The translations under genes were made by a program, and so were the position numbers. Positions 18,422 through 26,849 of a DNA stretch of 32,000 nt are shown here, in pieces. Source of the DNA: Cereibacter sphaeroides 2.4.1. GTDB lineage: Bacteria > Pseudomonadota > Alphaproteobacteria > Rhodobacterales > Rhodobacteraceae. The notes below the pieces were generated by a model that was not told the origin of the DNA, ran no database searches, and was given only the letters and a program-made list of their open reading frames with translations. Location: positions 1,650,001 to 1,682,000 of the forward strand of contig NC_007493.2 of the NCBI RefSeq assembly GCF_000012905.2, in the 5' to 3' direction. How positions within the stretch are numbered: the stretch's first letter is position 1; each line of letters begins with the position of its first letter.

Positions 18422-19657
18422 TCAGCGCCGCAGCATGTCCTTCAGCGCCGCATCCTCGCGCGCCCAGACCTTCAGACCTTCCACGAGGGCGATCACCATC
18501 CGCGCCCGCCAGCCCGGATCGCGCAGCCGCGCGAGGTCGGCATCGCTCGACATGAAGCCCGTCTCGACGAGAATCGACGGCATGTCCGGCGACTTCAGCA
18601 CCGAGAATCCCGCGGCCTGCCGGGGATGGCGGTGCATGGCGATCTGCCGCCGTTTGATGGCCGCTTCCAGCGCCAGTGCCAGCCGCTCGTTCCGCGGCCC
18701 CGTCTCGGTGCGCGCCAGATCCATCAGCACGCCCGCCACCAGATCGTCGTGGCCGGTGAGGTCGATCCCCGCCAGCAGATCGTCCCGGTCGTGCCGCTCG
18801 GCCAGGGCCGCCGCCGCCGCATCCGACGCCTCCTCGGCCAGCGTATAGAGCGTGGCCCCCACTGCCTCGCCTTCCGCGATGGCATCGGCATGCAGCGAGA
18901 CGAACACCTGCCCCCCCGCCTCGCGCGCCAGCGTGATCCGGTCCTCGAGCGGCACGAACACATCCTCCGCCCGCGTCACCGCCACGCGGAAGGTGCCGTC
19001 CCGCACCAGCGCCTCCTTCAGCTCGCGCGAGAGCGTGAGCATCAGGCTCGCCTCGCTCACCCCGCCCCGCTCGGCTCCCGGGTCGATGCCGCCATGGCCC
19101 GGATCGAGCACCACCGTCAGCGGCCCCGCCCCCTGCACCGGCCGCGGCAGGTCGGCGGCCTTCGGCAACGCCCAGCCCGGCGGCTCGGGCGCCGCGGCCC
19201 GGGCCGCGAATTCCGCCTCATCCGCCTTGCGCAGCCGGATCGCGATCCGCGCCCCGTCGGAGGTCCGCATGTCCGCGCTCTCGACCACCATCGGCCGGGC
19301 CAGCTCCAGCACCAGCCGCGACCAGCCCAGGCGGAAGCTGCCCGCCCGCACCGCCGTCACCCGGTCGGTGTCCCGCGCCAGATCCTCGACCGGGCCGAAC
19401 TCGACCTCGCGGAAATCCATCACCAGCCGCGGCGGCCCGTCCATCACCCGCACCCGCCAGGGCACCGGCTGGCTCAACTGCAGCTCGACCGAGACCCCGC
19501 TCCAGCCGCGCGCCCCGATCGAGGATCCGTCGGGCATGAGCCGCGCGAGCCCGCTCAGCTCCTGCGCCGCAGCCCCTGACAGCGCGAGCAACGCCGCAAG
19601 AAGACCCGCCGCGACCGACCTGAGCGCCCCCCCGCTCCTCCGCCTCAGCCCCTCCAT
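18422..19657 (-). CDS. N-acetylmuramoyl-L-alanine amidase (AmiC-like, with an N-terminal AMIN-like domain)
   Basis: Amidase_3 motifs are VVLDPGHGGIDPGA, FVSLHAD and SILVETGFMSS. A signal peptide is present (LLAALLALSGAAAQE). The start was chosen at MEGLRRR (ATG 19657, AAGGG 5 nt upstream). The track ORF starts at a TTG at 19681. Confidence 0.88.
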   Translation of the reverse strand: MEGLRRRSGGALRSVAAGLLAALLALSGAAAQELSGLARLMPDGSSIGARGWSGVSVELQLSQPVPWRVRVMDGPPRLVMDFREVEFGPVEDLARDTDRVTAVRAGSFRLGWSRLVLELARPMVVESADMRTSDGARIAIRLRKADEAEFAARAAAPEPPGWALPKAADLPRPVQGAGPLTVVLDPGHGGIDPGAERGGVSEASLMLTLSRELKEALVRDGTFRVAVTRAEDVFVPLEDRITLAREAGGQVFVSLHADAIAEGEAVGATLYTLAEEASDAAAAALAERHDRDDLLAGIDLTGHDDLVAGVLMDLARTETGPRNERLALALEAAIKRRQIAMHRHPRQAAGFSVLKSPDMPSILVETGFMSSDADLARLRDPGWRARMVIALVEGLKVWAREDAALKDMLRR

Positions 19658-19664
19658 CCGCGCC

Positions 19665-19716
19665 CTTTCATTCTGGCCCAAATATCCCCGCCGGAGGCTC
19701 CGCCGTCAGCGCCGGC
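19665..19716 (-). repeat. Dispersed intergenic box, copy B
   Basis: Plus strand ctttcattctggcccaaatatcc (19665-19687), followed by a weak hairpin gccgg-N17-ccggc (19690-19716). In the minus sense it reads GGATATTTGGGCCAGAATGAAAG. It lies immediately downstream of the aminotransferase stop and upstream of the amidase start. Confidence 0.5.
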
Positions 19717-20857
19717 GCGCCGCCATGAAGGCCTCGAGCCGCGCCAGCCCCTCGACGATATCCTCAGTGGCCCGCGCATAGGAGAAGCGCAGCGTCCGCC
19801 CGCCCCGCAGGGGATCGAAATCGAGCCCCGGCGTCACCGCCACCCCCGCCTCCTCGAGGATCTCCGCCGCGAAGGCGAGGCTGTCGGAGGTCAGGTCCGA
19901 GACATCCGCATAGACATAGAAGGCCCCGTCCGGCGGCGCAAAGCGCGTGAATCCCGCCTTCGGCAGCCCCTCCAGCATCAGCCGCCGGTTCTCGGCATAG
20001 ACCGCGCGGTTCGCCTCCAGCTCCTGCGTGCAGTCGAGGGCGGCCAGCGCCGCGATCTGGCTCGCATGGGGCGGGCAGATGAACATGTTCTGCGCCAGCC
20101 GTTCGACGCGCCGCACATGGTCCTCGGGCACCACGAGCCAGCCGAGCCGCCAGCCGGTCATCGAGAAATATTTCGAGAAGGAGTTGATCACATAGACATC
20201 GTCGGTGATCTCCAGCGCCGAGACGGATCTCGTGCCATAATCCAGCCCGTGATAGATCTCGTCCGAGATGAAGGCCATGTCGCGCGCCTGCGCATGGGCG
20301 ATCAGCGCGTCCAGCGCCTCCTTCGAAAGCATCGTCCCCGACGGATTGCCCGGCGAGGCCACGATGAGCCCCGCCAGATCCTCCACCCCCTCCAGATCCG
20401 CGGGCACCGGCTGCAGCCGGTTCCGGGCCTCCGTGGGGATCCCCACCGGCTCGAGCGAGAGCGCGCGCAGGATCTGGCGATAGCTCGGATAGCCGGGCTC
20501 GCCGAGCGCCACCCGCTCGCCCGCCTCGAAGAGCGCGGTGAAGGCCAGAAGGAAGGCCGAGGAGGAGCCGGCCGTCACCACCACCCGCCCCGGATCGAGC
20601 TCGACGCCGTACCAGCGCCGGTAGAGATCGGCGATCCCCTGCCGCAGTTCCGGCAGGCCGAGCGCCACCGTATAGCCGAGCGGCCCCTCCTCCATGGCGC
20701 GCGCGAGCGCCGCCCGCGCCCCCGCCGGGGCCGGGGTGCCCGGCTGGCCCACCTCCATATGGACGATCGCCCGCCCCGTCGCTTCCAGCCTGCGCGCCTG
20801 CTCCATCACATCCATCACGATGAAGGGATCGACCGCCCCGCGCCTTGAAACCCGCAT
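19706..20857 (-). CDS. Pyridoxal-phosphate-dependent aminotransferase (class I/II)
   Basis: It has PFIVMDVMEQA...VHMEVGQP, SPGNPSG, and the PLP lysine in NSFSKYFSMTGWRLGW. The start was chosen at MRVSRRG (ATG 20857, AGAGG 6 nt upstream). An alternative start is at 20896. Confidence 0.88.
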   Translation of the reverse strand: MRVSRRGAVDPFIVMDVMEQARRLEATGRAIVHMEVGQPGTPAPAGARAALARAMEEGPLGYTVALGLPELRQGIADLYRRWYGVELDPGRVVVTAGSSSAFLLAFTALFEAGERVALGEPGYPSYRQILRALSLEPVGIPTEARNRLQPVPADLEGVEDLAGLIVASPGNPSGTMLSKEALDALIAHAQARDMAFISDEIYHGLDYGTRSVSALEITDDVYVINSFSKYFSMTGWRLGWLVVPEDHVRRVERLAQNMFICPPHASQIAALAALDCTQELEANRAVYAENRRLMLEGLPKAGFTRFAPPDGAFYVYADVSDLTSDSLAFAAEILEEAGVAVTPGLDFDPLRGGRTLRFSYARATEDIVEGLARLEAFMAARRR

Positions 20858-21024
20858 CCTCAGCCTCTTACACTTTGCCAGCCGTTCCTGAGACACCGGG
20901 GCGCGAAGGTCAATGGCGGCCCGCCGCCGCCCTGCCGCATATCCGGGTTGCCAAATGAACCGGATCGGTGTTCCTGTCCTGACCCGCGAGCCGGACCCTG
21001 ACCCGCCCCAACCGGAGCCTTTCC

Positions 21025-21768
21025 ATGAGACTGATCCCCCTCGGTGCCGCCGCCCTCGCCGGCGCCCTCGCCCTCGCTCCCGCCGCCCGGGCCGAGATGA
21101 GCGCCGCCGAGCGCGAGGCCGTTCGCGCCGAGGTCCGGGCCTATCTGCTCGAGAATCCCGAGGTGCTGATGGAGGCCTTCACGGCGCTCGAACAGCGCCA
21201 GCAGCTCGATCAGGTCAATGCCGACCTCGCCCGGCTTCAGGACCATTCCTCGGAAATCTACACCGATCCGGCCAGCTGGGCCGGCGGCAACCTGCAGGGC
21301 GACATCACGGTGGTCGAGTTCATCGACTACCGCTGCGGCTACTGCCGCAAGGCCAATGCCGAGGTCGAGGAGCTGGTGGCCTCCGATGGCAACATCCGCT
21401 TCGTGCTGAAGGAATATCCGATCCTCGGCGAGGAGTCGGTGCTGGCCTCGCGCTTCGCCATCTCCGTGCTGCAGATCGCGGGCCCCGAGCCCTACAAGGC
21501 GGTGCACGACAAGCTCATCACCTTCCGCGGCGACATCACGACCGAGGCGCTCGGCCGGCTCGCCGACGAGATGAAGCTCGACCGCGCGGCGATCCTCGCC
21601 CACATGGACAAGGACGAGGTCACGGCGGTGATCGCCGCGAACCACAAGCTCGCCGAAACGCTCGAGATCTCGGGCACGCCGACCTTCGTCGTCGACCGCA
21701 CCATGGTGCGCGGCTATGTGCCGCTCGACGGGATGCGCCAGATCGTCGAAGGCCAGCGCAAGGGCTGA
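21025..21768 (+). CDS. Secreted DsbA-family thiol:disulfide oxidoreductase
   Basis: 247 aa with a signal peptide ending AARA. The thioredoxin-fold active site is CGYC in VVEFIDYRCGYCRKA. C-terminal ..ISGTPTFVV.. is also present. Confidence 0.88.
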   Translation: MRLIPLGAAALAGALALAPAARAEMSAAEREAVRAEVRAYLLENPEVLMEAFTALEQRQQLDQVNADLARLQDHSSEIYTDPASWAGGNLQGDITVVEFIDYRCGYCRKANAEVEELVASDGNIRFVLKEYPILGEESVLASRFAISVLQIAGPEPYKAVHDKLITFRGDITTEALGRLADEMKLDRAAILAHMDKDEVTAVIAANHKLAETLEISGTPTFVVDRTMVRGYVPLDGMRQIVEGQRKG

Positions 21769-21790
21769 GCGCCCGCTGCGACCGAGCCCC

Positions 21791-21819
21791 AAGGCGCCCT
21801 CCGGGGCGCCTTTTCTTTT
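21791..21819 (+). terminator. Intrinsic terminator after the DsbA-like gene
   Basis: aaggcgccc-tccg-gggcgcctt, a perfect 9-bp stem, followed by ttcttttg. Confidence 0.75.
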
Positions 21820-22103
21820 GGAGAAGCCCGAGCCGGAGGCATTCCCGCGGGGCGAAAGACACGCAGAGGCGGGCCGCAGACCCCTGCCCGCCGCTTCTTC
21901 GCGACAGGGTTGACAGCCGCAACTCATGGGGCTCGGGCTGCGGTCCCGGTCCCTGCCGTTCACGAAGCGCGAACGGCAGCCTGCGGGCCGACTTTCCTCA
22001 CGATCCGGCCCGGCTTCCCAAGGTCATGCTCCGGGTGACCGCATCCGCGCGAGGCGATCCGCGATGACGGCCTGAGGCCGCCGCTCGCGTTTGCGACGGT
22101 GCG

Positions 22104-23237
22104 TTACTCGGCCGCTTCGGCCGCCGCGAGCTTTTCGGCCTCGATCTCGGCCGCACGGCTTTCGACCATCGACACGATCTCGTCGATCATCCGCTCGCTG
22201 CCGAGCTTGTGGGCCTGCTTGCCGGCCAGATAGACCATCCCCGAGCCGTTGCCGCCGCCGGTGAAGCCGATGTCGGTCATCAGCGCCTCGCCGGGGCCGT
22301 TCACCACACAGCCGATGATGGAAAGGCTCATCGAGGTGGTGACATGGGCCAGCCGATCCTCGAGTTCCGCCACCGTCTTGATGACGTCGAAGCCCTGCCG
22401 CGCGCAGGAGGGGCAGGAGATGATGGTGACGCCGCGGTGGCGGAGGCCCAGAGACTTCAGGATCTCGTAGCCGACCTTCACCTCTTCCACCGGGTCCGCC
22501 GAGAGCGAGACCCGCAGCGTGTCGCCGATCCCCGACCAGAGGAGGTTCCCCAGACCCACGGCCGATTTCACCGTGCCGGCGGTCAGCCCGCCCGCCTCGG
22601 TGATCCCGAGATGGATCGGCGCATCCGTCGCATCGGCCAGCGCCTGATAGGCCGCGGCGGCAAGGAACACGTCCGAGGCCTTCACCGAGATCTTGAACTC
22701 GTGGAAGTCGTTGTCCTGAAGAATCTTGATGTGATCGAGGCCCGACTCGACCATCGCCTCCGGGCAGGGCTCGCCATACTTGTCCAGCAGATGCTTTTCG
22801 AGCGAGCCCGCATTCACCCCGATCCGCATCGAGCAGCCATGATCCCGCGCGGCCTTGATGACCTCGCGCACCCGGCTCGCATCGCCGATGTTGCCCGGGT
22901 TGATCCGGAGGCAGGCCGCGCCCGCCTCGGCCGCCTCGATGGCGCGCTTGTAGTGGAAGTGGATGTCGGCCACGATCGGCACCGGGCTTGCCGCCACGAT
23001 CTCCTTCAGCGCCCGGGTCGAGGCCTCATCGGGCACCGACACGCGGACGATGTCGGCCCCCGCCTCGGCCGCGCGGAGCACCTGCGCGATGGTCGCGGGC
23101 GCGTCGGCGGTGATGGTGTTCGTCATCGTCTGCACCGAGATCGGCGCATCGCCCCCCACCGGAACATTGCCCACCATGATCTGCCGCGACTTGCGGCGGT
23201 GGATGTTGCGCCAGGGGCGGACATGATTGAGCGACAT
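22104..23237 (-). CDS. ispG: 4-hydroxy-3-methylbut-2-en-1-yl diphosphate synthase
   Basis: 377 aa with [20 protein letters not shown], ..RINPGNIG.. and ..ISCPSCARQ.. with the [4Fe-4S] cysteines. Confidence 0.95.
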   Translation of the reverse strand: MSLNHVRPWRNIHRRKSRQIMVGNVPVGGDAPISVQTMTNTITADAPATIAQVLRAAEAGADIVRVSVPDEASTRALKEIVAASPVPIVADIHFHYKRAIEAAEAGAACLRINPGNIGDASRVREVIKAARDHGCSMRIGVNAGSLEKHLLDKYGEPCPEAMVESGLDHIKILQDNDFHEFKISVKASDVFLAAAAYQALADATDAPIHLGITEAGGLTAGTVKSAVGLGNLLWSGIGDTLRVSLSADPVEEVKVGYEILKSLGLRHRGVTIISCPSCARQGFDVIKTVAELEDRLAHVTTSMSLSIIGCVVNGPGEALMTDIGFTGGGNGSGMVYLAGKQAHKLGSERMIDEIVSMVESRAAEIEAEKLAAAEAAE

Positions 23238-23367
23238 GGGTGGAAACCTCGGGTGATGGTCGCGTGCAACTTAAACCCGCAGCGGCATCGGCACAACCGG
23301 CTGCGCCCAAATGCCCTGCCCCTCGGGCAAGGCACGGCGCGCCCGCGCGATCACATCCGCGCGGGGG

Positions 23368-24582
23368 TCAGCGGGTTTCGTTCTGCGCGACCGTGACGTA
23401 GCGCGCGAGATCCGCGTCGCCGGTCAGGTCCGCCATGGCATATTTGCCGGTGAGCGCCTCGGGCGAGAGGGCCACGTTCTTCACCACCTGCGCACCGGGC
23501 GCCGACGGGCCGTAGGTCTCGCCGTTGACGGCGAAATAGAGCGAGCCCGAGTTGCCCGCGCGCAGCACCGGCGGCTCTTCCATCTGCGGCACGACATAGC
23601 GTTCGCCCGCGTCGAGGATCTTCTCGAACAGCACCGTCCCGTCGGCCGCCTGCACCCGCACCCACGAGGGGCGCACGGCCAGAAGCTCGACCGTCGGCGG
23701 CGCGGCCTCGGCCACCTGCACCTCTTCCTCCACCGGCACGGCAGCGGCCGTGGCGGGGATCGCGGGCAGCTCGAGCGAGGCCTGCTGGACGCTGTCGTTC
23801 ATCCGCGGATTGATGGCCGCGATCGGCCCGTCGCGCGAGACCAGCACCGGCACGTCGAGCGCCTGGGCCTGCGGACGATAGAGCCGCCCCATGAGGTCGG
23901 GCTGCGCCGGATCGGCGGCGGCGAGATCCATCGTGTCGGAGGCAGGCTCGGACCGCACGAGCGGCGCCACCGTGCCGACGCTGCCCAGCGGGTCGATCTC
24001 GGCCACCACCTGCGGCGCCTGATCGACCGGCGCCACCTGCACGCGCTGCACCTGCTGAAGCACCGCCCAGCCGCCGTATCCGATGCCGCCGATCAGCGCG
24101 AGCAGGACCAGAACCGATCCCACCGCGCCGGGCTCGATGCTGGCCAGCACACTCTCGCCCCGGGGTACGAACAGCGCATTCGGATCCGCCAGCGGATCGC
24201 GCCCCTCGCCCTGCGGTCGGGACCGCGGACCGGTATCGCGGCGCGCGCCGGTCACCGAAACGGCCATGCCGTGCATCGTGGTGAAGTTCGCCTCGTGGCA
24301 GAAGCGCGCGAAGGCCTCGTCCGGGTCCATGCCGAGATAGCGCGCATAGGAGCGCACATATCCCGCCACGAAGCCCTGCGTCTCGAAGGCCGACACGTCG
24401 GCATTCTCGATGGCGGCGATATAGGTGGCCTTGATCTTCAGCTCGCGCTGGACATCGAGCAGCGACTTGCCGAGCGTCGCCCGCTCACCGCGCATCAGGT
24501 CGCCCAACCGCAACTCGAAATCGTCGAACCCTTTGGGTTTATCGACTTCGGCCGTCGAAGGTTGTGTCCTCCGCCAGATCAT
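23368..24582 (-). CDS. rodZ: RodZ-like cytoskeleton protein (HTH domain, TM helix, C-terminal DUF4115-like domain)
   Basis: The N-terminal HTH is LRLGDLMRGERATLGKSLLDVQRELKIKATYIAAIEN. A single TM helix is GSVLVLLALIGGIGYGGWAVL. The C-terminal part is SWVRVQAADGTVLFEKILDAGERYVVP...LRAGNSGSLYFAVNG. It lies directly upstream of ispG, the same gene order as E. coli rodZ-ispG. Confidence 0.8.
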   Translation of the reverse strand: MIWRRTQPSTAEVDKPKGFDDFELRLGDLMRGERATLGKSLLDVQRELKIKATYIAAIENADVSAFETQGFVAGYVRSYARYLGMDPDEAFARFCHEANFTTMHGMAVSVTGARRDTGPRSRPQGEGRDPLADPNALFVPRGESVLASIEPGAVGSVLVLLALIGGIGYGGWAVLQQVQRVQVAPVDQAPQVVAEIDPLGSVGTVAPLVRSEPASDTMDLAAADPAQPDLMGRLYRPQAQALDVPVLVSRDGPIAAINPRMNDSVQQASLELPAIPATAAAVPVEEEVQVAEAAPPTVELLAVRPSWVRVQAADGTVLFEKILDAGERYVVPQMEEPPVLRAGNSGSLYFAVNGETYGPSAPGAQVVKNVALSPEALTGKYAMADLTGDADLARYVTVAQNETR

Positions 24583-24692
24583 GCGTGTGCCCGTCCTGCC
24601 CCGATTTACCCCGGCCGGTTGCTTCCGACTCAGGGGTGCCCTGTCCCGAAAGAAGTAGCACAGGGCAGGGGCCTTTGCATCCGCAGAAGCTG

Positions 24693-25916
24693 TCAGGCAA
24701 CGACCTCGGCGCGATTCAGCGCACAGTGCTGCCAGAGCACGTCCATGGCCTTCACGAGGTGATCGATCATGCCGGAATCATGCACGGGCGACGGGGTGAA
24801 GCGCAGCCGCTCGGTCCCGCGCGGCACGGTCGGGAAGTTGATCGGCTGGACATAGATGCCGAAATGCTCGAGCAGCATGTCCGAGATCATCTTGCAGTGC
24901 ACGGGGTCGCCCACATGGACCGGCACGATGTGCGAGCCGTGGTCGATGATCGGCAGGCCGAGCCCCTTGAGGCGCATCTTCAGGATGCGGGCCTGGGTCT
25001 GGTGCTTCTCGCGCAGCTCCACATCGCCCTTGAGGTGGCGCACCGAGGCCGCCGCACCGGCCGCCACGACGGGCGGCAGCGAGGTCGAGAAGATGAAGCC
25101 CGGCGCGTAGGAGCGCACCGCGTCGCACATCTTTGACGAGGCCGCGATATAGCCGCCGAACACGCCATAGGCCTTGCCCAGCGTCCCGTTGATGATGTCG
25201 ATCCGGTCCATCAGCCCGTCCCGCTCGGCCACGCCGCCGCCGCGGGGGCCGTACATGCCGACGGCATGGACCTCGTCGATGTATTTCAGCGCGCCGAACT
25301 CGTCGGCGATGTCGCAGATCTCCTCGATGCGGCCGAAGTCGCCATCCATCGAATAGACGGATTCGAAGGCCACGAGGATCGGACGGTCCTTGCCGATCGA
25401 GGTCAGGATCCGGCGCAGGTCGTCGAGGTCATTGTGCTTGAAGATGTGCTTCTCGGTGCCCGAGCGGCGGATGCCCTCGATCATCGAAGCGTGGTTCAAC
25501 TTGTCCGAGACGATGACGAGGCCCGGGATCAGCTGCGGCAGCGTCGAGAGGGTCGCGTCGTTGGCGATATAGGCCGACGAGAAGACCAGCGCCGCTTCCT
25601 TGCCGTGCAGGTCGGCGAGCTCGGCCTCGAGGCGCTTGTGATAGAGCGTGGTGCCCGAGATGTTGCGCGTGCCGCCCGACCCGGCGCCGGTCGAATCCAG
25701 CGCCTCGTGCATGGCCCCCAGCACCACCGGATGCTGGCCCATGCCGAGATAGTCGTTGCCGCACCAGACGGTGATTTCCTTCTCGCTCCCGTCGGGCTTG
25801 CGCCACATGGCTTTCGGGAAGGCACCCTTGCGCCGCTCGATGTCGATGAAGGTCCGGTACCGGCCCTCGGTATGGAGCCGGTTCAGAGCGGTATCGAGTG
25901 CCAGATTGTAGTCCAT
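24693..25916 (-). CDS. hemA: 5-aminolevulinate synthase
   Basis: 407 aa starting at [34 protein letters not shown]. The PLP lysine is in GTLGKAYG. From memory it matches R. sphaeroides HemA. The RBS is GGGAGA. The 28-codon extension to 26000 is rejected. Confidence 0.95.
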   Translation of the reverse strand: MDYNLALDTALNRLHTEGRYRTFIDIERRKGAFPKAMWRKPDGSEKEITVWCGNDYLGMGQHPVVLGAMHEALDSTGAGSGGTRNISGTTLYHKRLEAELADLHGKEAALVFSSAYIANDATLSTLPQLIPGLVIVSDKLNHASMIEGIRRSGTEKHIFKHNDLDDLRRILTSIGKDRPILVAFESVYSMDGDFGRIEEICDIADEFGALKYIDEVHAVGMYGPRGGGVAERDGLMDRIDIINGTLGKAYGVFGGYIAASSKMCDAVRSYAPGFIFSTSLPPVVAAGAAASVRHLKGDVELREKHQTQARILKMRLKGLGLPIIDHGSHIVPVHVGDPVHCKMISDMLLEHFGIYVQPINFPTVPRGTERLRFTPSPVHDSGMIDHLVKAMDVLWQHCALNRAEVVA

Positions 25917-25986
25917 CTTCGTCTCCCTGACGCTCGGGCTGCCGAGCAAGCTGGGTGTCATCATCAATTTTCGGCGCAACATGGCC

Positions 25987-26000
25987 TTGATAAGGATCAA
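25987..26000. promoter_or_regulatory. FNR/FnrL-type binding site TTGAT-N4-ATCAA upstream of hemA
   Basis: ttgataaggatcaa is a perfect match to both consensus half-sites. It lies 71-84 nt upstream of the hemA ATG. FnrL-dependent control of hemA has been described in R. sphaeroides. Confidence 0.7.
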
Positions 26001-26050
26001 ATCCTAAGTCTGGAACCGGCCAATTTGAAACCCGTTCATTGGTCCCTGCG

Positions 26051-26620
26051 TCAATCGGCCACCGCCAGCACGCAATCCCCGGCGCCTCCGGCCTTCGCGC
26101 AGGCAGCAAGCGCCTTCTCTCCCGCCCCCGCTCCGGTCCCGATGCCCCAGCGCCCGGTGGCCGGCGAGACCGCCAGCGCCCTCGGGCCGCGGGCGCCATA
26201 GTCGGCCCGGAATCCCTCGGTTGCATCGGACGATAGGCTGAGCGGGCGGCTCTTCCAGCCCTTGGGGCGCACGAATCCCACGATCGCGCACGGCGCCCTG
26301 CCCTTGCGCTTCTCCTCGCAGACCGCGAGCGCGGCGCGCGCCGCGGCCTCGGTCGTGTGATGGTTCGCGGCCGCGATGGTCGCCTCCGAGGCCAGCCCCT
26401 CATCGGGCGAGACGGCGATGGCCCCGTAATAGGGCTGCTCGCTCACCACCATGCGCAGGAGCGCGCGGTCGTTCTCGGAGAGGAAGGCGACCGGCAGGAT
26501 CTCCACCTCGGCCTTCGCGGGGGGAAAGAGCATCTTCTTCGCCTCGCGGCCCGTCACCGGCTGGGCGAGCGCAGCCCCCGCCGTCAAGATCCCGAGGGCT
26601 GCCACCATTGCCAGACGCAT
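26051..26620 (-). CDS. Secreted hypothetical protein with two Cys-pair modules (DUF4189-like)
   Basis: The start was chosen at MRLAMVAALGILTAGAALAQP (signal peptide; GGAGAGGA upstream). Two similar modules each end in a Cys pair: AAARAALAVCEEKRKGRAPCAIV and GEKALAACAKAGGAGDCVLAV. Confidence 0.7.
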   Translation of the reverse strand: MRLAMVAALGILTAGAALAQPVTGREAKKMLFPPAKAEVEILPVAFLSENDRALLRMVVSEQPYYGAIAVSPDEGLASEATIAAANHHTTEAAARAALAVCEEKRKGRAPCAIVGFVRPKGWKSRPLSLSSDATEGFRADYGARGPRALAVSPATGRWGIGTGAGAGEKALAACAKAGGAGDCVLAVAD

Positions 26621-26849
26621 GATCCTCTCCACCTGCACCCTGTCGCGGCCCTCTTAGCCCACCGCGCCCCTCCTGCACAGAGCCTCCCCGTCTTGTGAAC
26701 GCCCCCCGCCCTGCCCCACGGCCATCCTCCAAATTGACTTCGCCCTTAGCCGCGGCCCATACCGGGACGCGCAGGAGCCGAGTCCGGCGAAGGGCACCGC
26801 TCCGCCCGCCGTGCTGCGGCGGACACATTGGACGTGGAAGGACCAGACG

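Noticed and set aside
21953-21979. A 9-bp perfect hairpin ctgccgttc-N9-gaacggcag in the gap between the DsbA-like gene and ispG, with a TTGACA hexamer at 21910-21915.
   Set aside because: The hairpin has no T-tract on either strand and lies 125 nt from the ispG stop. The TTGACA has no plausible -10 element at 16-18 nt. Neither has enough support to call a terminator or promoter.
25917-26000. N-terminal extensions of track ORFs: hemA to 26000, the M20 peptidase from 26811, the MFS gene to 2319, the aminotransferase to 20896, the amidase to 19681, and the secreted protein to 26638.
   Set aside because: In each case an internal ATG has a better-placed Shine-Dalgarno sequence and yields the family-typical N-terminus. 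For hemA the extension would run through the FNR box. The amidase TTG lies inside the dispersed intergenic box.
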